DNA of 64,000 nucleotides from Octopus vulgaris (taxonomy: Eukaryota): NCBI GenBank assembly GCA_951406725.2, contig OX597820.1, positions 90,520,001-90,584,000 of the forward strand, in the 5' to 3' direction. Each line of letters begins with the position of its first letter. The first letter of the stretch is position 1. The translations under genes were made by a program, and so were the position numbers. Positions 53,130 to 64,000 of the stretch are shown here, in pieces. A model generated the notes under the pieces. That model was not told where the DNA came from. It did not search any database and saw nothing but the letters and a program-made list of their open reading frames with translations.

Positions 53130-55050
53130 TTTATATTGCTTAAAACATATCTTCCTTCAGCTCATATAAAACATAACCGAGTTAGTAAAATATTAGTGGA
53201 GCAGAATTTTTGTCATTAATCTACACTGTTTCTGCTACTGCTATTGGTTTTGGTGGTAGAGCTAGGGAAAATATTATTAACAATTTTAACTGCCAATATT
53301 GTTATTAATATTTATGTAGCCTTATTTTTATTGCTTATATTCTGCACCGCGGTGATCAGTTTTATATGTCTTCGTAAAGGTGTGTTTCATTTTGTTTATG
53401 TGGTTTTCTATTGTATTGAAATTACTCAGCCCAATACAGGCGTAGCTTTTACAAGTTACGTCTAAACGTTGTATAATTGTGTATTTCTTCTTACTTCCGT
53501 GACTCCTACTGTTATAAAGGGTTTTCTTTTATTAATATTTTTCGACCCCATATTCTAAGTATACTGTTTTTTACTTCCGAGAAGGCACATTCCCTTAAAT
53601 GAGTTCGGCAGTTATCCTCCAAAGTTACATTTATCTCAGGATTAATTTCTTTCTACATGTATGCGATTAATACCTTTCTTTCTCTAGTGGTGTATAACTC
53701 TGAAATATATATGTAGTGTTGAAATGCGTTTCTTTTAAATCTATTTGTGCTTCATTCTGTTTTAATTGCTGGGTTAGAGATCTGACGTATATCCTTTTAG
53801 TAGTGACTGTCATTGGTTTACAGTAATCGGACCGCTGCATATATTTTCTTTCGGACCACAATTCGGTAATCCGATTTTTCGTACATTTTACGTGCGCATA
53901 ACAAATGAATTCCTTTTTCCATTCTCTTTGAGCCAAATATTAATCGTATTGATTACCATTTTTTTTCTTTTTTGCATAAGGGACTAAGTTTATCTTTAGT
54001 TGATTTCTCTTGTGTCCAGACTAACGTGTTTATACGGTACTAAACGGCGCGTAGTTGGGCATTTGATATATATTACTCATATTAACAACAACAAAAAAAT
54101 CATGTCAATATTTGATTAAGCTATTATGTACATTGCGGACATTCTTTTTTATTTTCAGATTATTAACGTTCAGTAGTAATATTTGTTAGCCGATTACAAT
54201 GTATTATAAAACAACTGCATGCATATCTGAACAGCAGAGACGTACCTTAAGATTTACTGATATCAAAATTCTAACGCTTTTAACGATTCCGTTTTGCTAT
54301 TCCCAAATTAATTACAACTTCTCGAAAGCTATTATTTTTGCTGTTCTAGAGTTCCAGCAAGTGTAAACTTTATTCCACCATGTCTTACAGTTTTCTCATT
54401 TCTCAGCTCATGTCTATGTTTTAATATTCTCTATTCATCTCTTTTAGCTGCTTTCATACGGTAGTATTTAATAATTATTTTCCTAATATATATATTTTTT
54501 CTTTTCTTTCTTATAACCATAAATCTAAATCTGCTTTTGTTTCATAGTCTGGTTATACTGATTTATTTTACATAACAGCCGCTCTTCCTTTCAAAGCAGT
54601 AAATCCTATGTTTTTCCTTAATTCACACACACTGACTACCGAGTCTTCCTTTGTTTTTCTGTGTATTCTTACTGGCAAAACATTTACAATTTTGACTACC
54701 ACTCCATATATCAGTAAGTTACTCCCTTTCAATTTTCTGCTTACTTTTGTCATTTAATAAGTTTTACTGTTGTTGTTCGCTCTACAATAACCGATTAGTG
54801 GTTTTGATCCTTTTGTTGACCCCCATGTTTCAAATAATCTGCTTCGTTTCGGCTCTATAGACTGCTTACATAAAAAAAGAAACAGTTAATATAATATAGC
54901 TTTTCTTCTATTAGACTTTACTACTGCTTGTCAGGACATGGTTATGGTACTCAAGTAGATGAAAGGATTGTATATATGGAACTTGGGCTCTTATAGACAT
55001 ACTATATTTAAAAACATAAACATACGAGTAAGAGAGGAAAATTTTCCAGC
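53130..55050 (-). mobile_element. Very decayed R4-clade LINE
   Basis: Scattered minus-strand motifs in the expected order (YGYK, LVWTQE, SPRCRI). Confidence 0.4.
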
Positions 55051-55515
55051 AGCCGTAGTAAGAATGTTAGATGCGCCGTTCTTCCAAATTGGACTTTGTC
55101 AGTTTGGTATTCTACTGACAAAGATCACGTGACAGAAATGCGAATCTAGCACTCCCACCCATGATGCAGGACTATTTTTGAATCCTGCTCTTATATTTTT
55201 ATTATTGAAAACGGAATGTCTACCAGAGATATTATCTCTGGGCAGAATACCGCAGCAAATTCGCCTTCTCCCGATATATCTGCATAAAGTATGATACACT
55301 GATGGCTACTCTAATAATCTAATACTAATTCTATTGTATTTACACACATGTGCAAGATACACACATATACATACATACGTTAGCACACTCTCAAACACAT
55401 ATACACATGTATATATTGAACTAGGAAACTCGCAACATCGACATTCACAAACAGACACTATTACCGAACGTGTGTATGTGTGTGTGTGTGTGTGTGTGCG
55501 TGCGTTTGTATTTGT

Positions 55516-55555
<40 letters not shown>

Positions 55556-55624
55556 GTGAGAGAATTATATGTCGGCAATTTTCATGTTACCTCTTACATC
55601 ATGCTTAAACTACTCTAGACATAG

Positions 55625-55785
55625 AGGAGTGGTTGTGTGGTAAGAAGCTTTCTTCCGAATCACATGGTTCCGGGTTCAGTCCCACTGCGTGGCACCTTGA
55701 GCAAGTCATTTCAACTATAGCCTCGGGTCGACCAAATCCTTGTGAGTGGATTTGGTAGTCGGTAGCTGAAAGAAGCCCGTCGTAC

Positions 55786-55823
<38 letters not shown>

Positions 55824-55975
55824 ATTTGTATGACTGTGTTTGTCCATGTCCCCCACCATTAATTGAAAACCGATGTTGGTGTGTTTACATCCCCGTAACT
55901 TAACGGTTCGGGAAAAGAAACCAACAGAATAAGTATTAGGCTTACAAAGAATGTCCTGGAGTCCATTTGACTAAA
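55625..55975 (+). mobile_element. OR-like SINE, 3'-truncated
   Basis: Colinear with 45473-45888, including the internal TA/TG tract. Confidence 0.85.
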
Positions 55976-56241
55976 TGCCAAACTAGCAAAGAATATAAAC
56001 CCAATTGAACGAACAGAAATAACGACATCATCTATAGCAACTAGATAACCAACATCAGCATTCACATCAACAACTCGAATAACGTTCATGAGAACAACAT
56101 TAACAACAACAGAGTAAGCAGCAGTAGCAACTGAAGGAACAACAGACCCGTCAGCAGCAGCGGCAGTAACATAAGTATCGTAAACACAACAGTAGAAATA
56201 TTTGTCACCAACACAGACACAGCAAAAACGTTGACAACAAA

Positions 56242-56641
56242 TCTTTATATATAAAAGTGAAGTTGTGTGAGTGTCTGTCTCCTACGATTTAGATTCCTAA
56301 CTACTCCCATATTTTGCGGTGCAGTTTAGCCAAAACCGGGTATCTTATAGTCGTGATTCATATCGAGCCCTTCTGGGTATTAGCGCGCGTCTACGATGAG
56401 TGTACGATTTTAAAAATAATTTACCATCATTTCTTTCCATTTTAATGCATTTTTTCGCTATTATATAAGGGAAGTAACTCTCTAAAAATGTCTACGATGA
56501 GTCAACGATTTAAAAAAAAATTACCATCATTTTTTTCCCATTTTTAATGCATTTTTTGCTATTTTTTGGCTATAACTCTCTAATAATGCTTATATAGTTA
56601 TTTCCCTTACAAACCCGAGCAACGTCGGGCGATACTGCTAG
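56242..56641 (+). mobile_element. Non-autonomous Helitron, 400 bp
   Basis: 5' TC, 3' CTAG (56638-56641) and a subterminal hairpin CCCGA-GCAACG-TCGGG (56614-56629). It sits between host A and T with no TSD. An internal ~70-100-bp direct repeat starts at 56390 and 56491. Confidence 0.88.
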
Positions 56642-56844
56642 TATAACATAAAACAGTAACATAAGCTACAAGGGCAGCATAAAGAAGTATCAATGATGAA
56701 AAGTAACTACGGGTAAAATTTCGTTTACGAACGTCACGGAAGAGTTGATTACTCATTCACCGGAACGGAAAGCGAATGTTACTAAAAAGTATAAGAATGG
56801 TATTGTGAGGCCTGCTTCCGGAAGTAGAAACCTTGTGTGCAAGA

Positions 56845-57433
56845 AGGCGGCGAGCTGGCAGAAACTTTTGCATGCTGGGCGAAATGCGTAGCTGTATTTC
56901 GTCTGCCGTTACGTTCTGAGTTCAAATTCCGCCGAGGTCGACTTTGCTTTCATTCTTTCGGGGTCGATAAATTAAGTACCAGTTACGCACAGGAGTCTAT
57001 GTAATCGACCTTATTCGTTTGTCCGTCCTTGTTTGTCCACAGTGTGTTTAGCCCCTTGTGGGTAATAAAGAAATAGGTATTTCGTCTGCCGCTACGTTGT
57101 GAGTTCAAATTCCGCCGAGGTCGACTTTGCCTTTCATCCTTTCGGGGTCGATGAAATAAGTACCAGTTACGCACTGCCGTCGATATAATCGACTTAATCC
57201 GTTTGTCTGTCCTTGTTTATCCTCTCTGTGTTTAGCCCCTTGTGGGTAGTAAAGAAATAGGTATTTCGCCTGCCGTTACGTTCTGAGTTCAAGTTCGACT
57301 TTACTTTCATCCTTTCGGGGCCGATAAATTAAGTACCAGTCATGCACTGGGGTCGATGTAATCGAATTAATCACTTTGTTTGTCCTTGTTTGTCCCTTCT
57401 ATGTTTAGCCCCTTGTGGCAATAAAGAAATAAT
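56845..57433 (+). mobile_element. OK-like SINE tandem trimer
   Basis: One head (aggcggcgagctggcagaaac) followed by three bodies. Junction spacing is 184 bp. Confidence 0.9.
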
Positions 57434-58299
57434 AAATCTTGTATACAAAAATAGAAGTATCATTTACTAGTGCATCAATCGCGAAGAAAGGAAGGATGAA
57501 TAACTTTGCCCAGCCGTGAGGAACGTCTAGAAAAAATGTAGCCCTTCCGTAATCTACAGATGCCAAGGAAAGCAACATGGAACTATAGTAGCTCTCTGCA
57601 ACAGCAGTCAGAAGGCTGGTAGGATGACTCCTGTACTACCCAGGTGTTAATGATGATATACAGAAATATGTGGGATGACGTGTGAGAAATGTCAAGATCA
57701 CAATTGTAACTCCTCATAGAGATCACGACATGCGAATAACCATGCTAAAGAAGCACAGGGAGAAAATCTCTGTAAAGTCCAGCCCCTAGTATAATAGAAT
57801 GGGAACGCTTTTCCTAAGATGTGCTTGGTGTCCCAGATTTCTGTTTCATTCGATTAATAACTCGATTGGATATTCACTAGACTAGCACAGATATGCCGTG
57901 TACGTTGCTTACATTTTCAGATAGCTGGTTACTCAGACCACTACTTTGTGACATTTATTGTTAACTTAGAACAGACGAATATGCAAGGACCTGGTTACTG
58001 ATAGATAAATGCTTTCTTGACAGCGCAGAAAGATTTCAAGGAAAGGGGTTAGAATGGAAGTTAAGCAAGAATTAGCGAGAGCGATCATCAAGACGTGGTG
58101 AGACTATTTAAAAGAAAAATTAGAGATACATCTGTCAGTTTTAGCAAAAAGATGACTATAGAAAACAATATAGCAGAAAAGAAAGTATTTAGTTGCTTAG
58201 AAAAAGCGCATAGAAGACTCATCGCAAACAATGAATGACAAAAATGATACTCGACCACTTCTTCGATGCGAAACACGAAGATTAGATGTCATAGAAAGA

Positions 58300-59090
58300 A
58301 TGTATCTGAGTGATCTTTTCTAGGGAAATTTCACGCCAGAGACATGGATAGCTTCCAAATTTTCTTGGCGCGGTAGTGCTACAAAGCTAGAAGGAGTATT
58401 ACTTATTCCAGAAAAGGTCTTGCGATAGGGAAGCACTAACAGACTTACATACCCGAGACGCACACAGAAGTTTGAAAACATCTTGCAAGCCATTGTTCAC
58501 TGTCTATGCATTAGTGGATTGTGTTCTTACCTGTGTTCTTGTGTCAAACACCTACTGTCACATGTAAAATGAATTCAACTATCTGCCGTGTTTATAGTGA
58601 AGATCGACGCACCAACTTCCTTCGGCATCTACCCGGCCTGGAGGCTATGGCGAAATAGATAGTATGCTGGACTCATCTGAAAGATGGTGAAAATTAACAA
58701 TGTTTAAGGGAGAGAAAGTTGATGGTATAACTTTTAGTAGATTAGATACTAACTTTGAACGTGAGTGACAACATGAGTGAGTCTGACTTCACATACGCAG
58801 AGTTTGATGTTTTTTTCTGAGTTGTAGGAAAGAAACTGGGGAGAGGTCTCTTTCTATGCCTTGGAGATGAGAGAATAATCTGGGATATATTCTGTCTGCT
58901 TGTGAATCCCCCGAATTACACTAAGTAAAATACCCTGCAACTTGGGACATATTTATATATTTATTCAAATTCCATCTTTACATTTTTGTTAGGTCTTTCC
59001 ATTTAACCTTATCGTTGTTGATTCTCCTATGATTAATGAGACACATTCTGCAGATTGTGTTCAGAATAAAATGTCGTCATAATAAAGGTA
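58300..59090 (+). mobile_element. Decayed Tx1-like LINE 3' end
   Basis: TYPRRTQKFENILQAIVHC resembles the zinc-finger region at 39849. LEAMAK*IVCWT follows. Confidence 0.45.
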
Positions 59091-59316
59091 ATTTTTGACG
59101 GGTTTTAAAATATGTGTGGATGCGTTAACTTGATTTGCATTACATTACTCTATCCAATATTTAATCAGGCTTCACATATTGTTTTGCGTCTTAACCTCAT
59201 CATAGACTTATTATGCACGCCTGAGTATGCGCACTTGTACTTATGTATGTATTTATACATGAGACTACAGAATATTTTGTAGTGTTCGTTTGGGTCCTAT
59301 AGCCAATAAAGAAAGG

Positions 59317-59382
<66 letters not shown>

Positions 59383-59400
59383 GCAACAAAAACAACAACA

Positions 59401-59453
<53 letters not shown>

Positions 59454-59634
59454 AATAACAATAATAATAATAAAGATTATTATTATTATAGTCTACATCC
59501 AGAGTTCTAATCCCACTATCGTTATCTTTGCTTTTCATCTCTCTACGTTCGATCAAATAAGTGCCAAGTTTTGGGATCGATTAAATTGACATCACTCTTC
59601 CCCCAAATGTGTGGCCTCGTGCCAAAGCTAGAAT

Positions 59635-59635
59635 A

Positions 59636-59674
<39 letters not shown>

Positions 59675-59686
59675 GACTACTAGTAG

Positions 59687-59718
<32 letters not shown>

Positions 59719-59740
59719 ATAGTAGTAGTAGTAGTAGTGT
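59635..59740. repeat. Inverted microsatellite (CTA)n-(TAG)n
   Basis: The strand switches at 59680/59681. Confidence 0.9.
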
Positions 59741-60707
59741 TGCTTTATAACGTTGTTGTTGCTTTTATTGTAATGACTTATTGTAGCTGACGTTCATATT
59801 ATGTTATTGTTAATTTTATTGTTTGCTGTTTTGTATTTTATGTATTGTGCGTATAAATTATTTACAGGGCAGAGACTTGGAGACGACAAATATCTAACGA
59901 CGATCAATATAAAGATTTAAGCTGTATTTATTTAGTGTTGGATCGACCGACGTCGACGGCGCTGTAGTATTCCTTTTACAGTCTACAGTCAATCTTAATA
60001 CCATGTGATTAGATCGGAGCAGAGATGGGAAAATATCTTCTTGAAACAGTCTGGGTGGATTGACCAACTGCTAGGCTAATGGCAACAGCCTACTCTAGCA
60101 AGTTAAATCAATAAACAAGACCGAGAGGTCACATAGGAGGAGGTTAATAGAATCGGATCGTTGGTATTGACTTGGGGCGGTGTTGATAATTCAGTTGGCG
60201 AAGGGAGGAGGGACTGGTTGAAACCGCAACAGTGTTAATGATGGTTGGAGGAGTTTGAGGTGTGGATCGATCGAAAGGATGGTTGTTTGGTATCTAATGC
60301 GTAGTAGCTGAAGTAACAACGATTTCTGAAGATTTGTTAGAGTTACAATTGGTGATGTTGGAGGGGGATGCTGGAGATGAATGTAATGATAATGATAATG
60401 ATGATGATTGTAGGATGTATTTGTTTTATTTTACAAAGGATAGATGGGGGTTAAGAAAATATTTATAATTTGCTATGGAGGAGGTGCATATTGTAGGAAT
60501 GTGGGAAGCTGACGTGTATAGCAACTGGTTGTTAGTAAAGCTCTAGAGAGTGGATTCCTTTGCGTATCCCAAAGGACAATGCGTAAAAATTGGAGGTGGG
60601 ACTTTAAAGTTATGATCTGGCTGGCAGCCGGATGCAATAAAGAGGCGTGTTGAATATAATGGAATTTCATTGGCAGCATACTGATCTAAGAAAGGGTAAC
60701 TTCCCAG

Positions 60708-60772
<65 letters not shown>

Positions 60773-60777
60773 GTTCT

Positions 60778-60829
<52 letters not shown>

Positions 60830-61839
60830 TGTATGTATGTCTAAGTATGTGTAACACATATATTTATGCAATATATATATACATATATATTTATATATAT
60901 TCCATACACATATTTATTCCATTATGCGCGTGTTAACCAGCGTGAGTGTGCATGTATTTATGTGCGTGTAGGTGTGTGTGTGTGTGCGTTTTTGTGTGTA
61001 TGCATGTATGTGTGTGTGTGTACGAGTGTTTATTATATGTATGAGCGAAATAAATTAGCTATATAGTCTGGCAAATGCACATGATTAAGATCCCAATAAA
61101 CCATCCCAAATAGACAAAGAGAACAACGAGGGTGCAATATACGAATGAGAAAATAGATTTAGAGAAAATGATTATCTTTTTACCATATATGGATAAACAA
61201 ATATTTTACGACTTAACGAAGGCTTTAGTAACTGCTATTGCGTTAAGAAGAAATAATTTCCTATGCAGCACCAGTATTTCCTTCTTTGAATAGTAATTTT
61301 CCACAAAATATACGAGTTAGTTTTTTTTTCGCCCTACCGTATGAGGAATATTGAATGTAACTTCATTGCACTTCTATCAACTATCTTTCCACTCTCTCTG
61401 TCGTTCTCATTCTTTGTCTCTCTGAGATTCTGTCTGTCTATCTATCTGCCTCTCAAGCTGTCTGTTTTTCTGTCTCTGTGAGTGTCTGTCTGTCAGTCTC
61501 TCCTAAACAACAGTAATAGAATATTTTTGTTATTATTTATATTTTTAACTTCTTGAATGTTGCTATTAGTAATGGCATTGGTATAGTAAGCCGAGTGTGA
61601 ACCCTGTAAATGTTTTATTTTATATGATGACAGAGAAAATGGTAAGGGAGTACCTGCAAAATTCGTGCAGAATAAATATCCCTACAAATTGAGTTCACTG
61701 ATGTGTACACTTTCAATCACATGCATTAGCAAAAGCTATACATGTATATAAACATGTGGTTACACCATAGATATAGTGAAGAAGAGACACAGACATACAC
61801 TCCTTACTTATGCATTTACATGTGTGTGTCTATGTGTGC

Positions 61840-61907
<68 letters not shown>

Positions 61908-62009
61908 AATATATATAATATATATATATATATGTATGTATACATATACGCATACATACGTATGTGTGTGTGCGTGTTTTTGTGTGTGAGTGTGTGATTT
62001 ATTTATTGT

Positions 62010-62280
62010 GAGCGTGCGTGGATTAATGGTTAGAGCATTCGAGTCGTGGGTTCGATTCCCAGCTGCCCGTTGTGTCCTTGAACGAGACACTTTATTTCAT
62101 GCTGTTCCAGTCAAGTTTGGGAAAGTGAGTTGTACGTGTAATTCAAAGGGCTAGCTTTGTCCAATTTAGGGTAGGCCTATCTAAGGTATACTCCGTTACT
62201 TCCTTGCTAATTTCGCAAGCAGGCTGTTCCGTTAATTGGATCAAATAATGCACACGTCGTCGTAACTGATATCGTGCTAA
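62010..62280 (+). mobile_element. Decayed tRNA-derived SINE
   Basis: cgtggattaatggttagagc..gggttcgattcccag..gttgtgtccttgaacgagacactt. Confidence 0.7.
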
Positions 62281-63140
62281 TACTATATATTAGGCACATA
62301 AATTATATCTACATATATATACATGCATAGATATACATATAGATATATACATGCATATCTGTATACATATCAAAATAATACTGTTCTACATCCTTACCAA
62401 CAATCCAATAATACTAATCCACATATACAAAAACAGCCAAACCAACAATCCAACATACCTCCTTCATCAGCTGCCCCACAGATATCATTATGGTTTCGAC
62501 GCCTGGGCAGTACCATTCAATCCGGTGCTGTCAGCAGCACTAAAAGAAGAGTTAAGAACAAGCAAACCAAAGAAGCCACCACTTTCAAACACATTTACCC
62601 AATGTACAGCCGTATCGATAGAATAATTCCATAAGTAAATTACAACCACTCCTAAATATGTAGCTAAACAGCGACAGCTCAATTAAGTCATAGAAAATTA
62701 TAATCCCTACCGCCTCCGGTAGTGTAATATACAAGTAAAAGCTTAATAACCATATTATTTCAATCAAGCAATATATAGGCAGGATTAAGCACTAATTTTA
62801 CTAAAACTACGACAAGAGTCATTTAAACTAACGTACATTGTATCGGTATTAATAGTAAACTGCAATAACTAAATTATATGCTAAATTGTGTTCCATCTGT
62901 AAGACAGTATAATAATAATCCCACCGGTCTTCCATAGATACTACTATAGTGAAAGTTCAGACGTTATAATTTTTTTTCCAAAACAAAACCGACTTAAATT
63001 AATTTTAAAAATATTTTTATGAGTGGAATACATTTTTTCATCATTCAAGAGTTGATTATGAAACACTACATACTCATTAATATATTTCTACTAGAAGTTA
63101 TATTAAACGAAAAAAAGTCGATATATATATATATATATAT

Positions 63141-63362
63141 ATCGTGAAGTATATTTGCTACTTAAATGTGGCGAACCCTTAAGGGTGGATGCTACTGTAG
63201 CTTGTAGCCCCAGGAAGATACCTCCTCCAGCTGGCTATTGCCCTAGGGCACAGAAAGTGTGTCAATAGCCAGCTGGATGAGGTGTCAAGCTGGGGCTACA
63301 AGCTACAGTAGCATCCACCCTCAAGGGCTAGCCACATTTAAGTGGCAAATATACTTCACGAT
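63141..63362. mobile_element. 222-bp fold-back/MITE-like hairpin with ~100-bp arms
   Basis: atcgtgaagtatatttgctacttaaatgtggc..gggtggatgctactgtagcttgtagccccag mirrors ctggggctacaagctacagtagcatccaccc..gccacatttaagtggcaaatatacttcacgat. Confidence 0.9.
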
Positions 63363-63402
63363 GTCGTGCAGCTACTGTTTATACCTCGCTCAGAGATTTA
63401 TC

Positions 63403-63458
<56 letters not shown>

Positions 63459-64000
63459 TGTATATGTATATGTATATATACACACATTCACACGCACATA
63501 CATATATACATACATATATGCATATATATGTGCAAGCATGTATACACATACATACATACATACATACATACATACATACATACATACACATACAGAATCT
63601 CACACACATGCAGACACATATACAACAGCCTATATGATTGGTTCTGCCTTGCAAAAAGATTCCAGTAACAATGAGTTGGCTGTCCTATGGCTAAAACAGA
63701 AGACAGTTGCCCTCTGAACCCTACGTTGTTTTGGCAATAACAGCCACATTGTGAGAAAGTGAACTTTCCAACAACAGAGACATGACTACGACAGTTGTTA
63801 CTAAATCGACAATTGTTAAATATCGATGGAGATTTTAAACTATGAAAGGTGAAGCGAATATCATTTAATAAAATCTCGTTATTTATTTTCATAGCAAGTT
63901 TAAGTAAGCACAAATGTTGTCAGCCGGCCTTTATCTTTCATAAAGAAGTTAAATATCTTTTGACAACTATAAAAATCTATCAAATCTTTGTCAAAATCGT

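Noticed and set aside
56845-57433. Regularly spaced repeats as a possible CRISPR array
   Set aside because: Whole ~184-bp units repeat with no unique spacers, the context is eukaryotic and there are no cas genes.

Overview
AT-rich, microsatellite-dense eukaryotic DNA, most likely an octopus intergenic or intronic region. The organism is inferred from OK-like and OR-like tRNA-derived SINEs and from abundant (TA)n and (TAA)n arrays. I found no intact host gene, rRNA, true tRNA or CRISPR array, and nearly all listed short ORFs are microsatellite artefacts. The window holds a near-full-length but disrupted R4/Dong-clade non-LTR retrotransposon (134-3975) and many 5'-truncated relatives sitting in (TAA)n arrays. 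It also holds decayed Tx1/L1-like LINEs, a mariner relic, a non-autonomous Helitron, several fold-back elements and SINE multimers. The most striking structure is a three-level nest at about 4.3-7.9 kb. A Tx1-like LINE is interrupted inside its RT by a ~1 kb decayed piece of a multi-Tudor-domain (TDRD-like) host gene. That piece is itself interrupted by a 247-bp insert carrying a minimal Penelope-type hammerhead ribozyme, flanked by an exact 11-bp target-site duplication. All calls were made by eye without database searches, and the boundaries of decayed elements are approximate.
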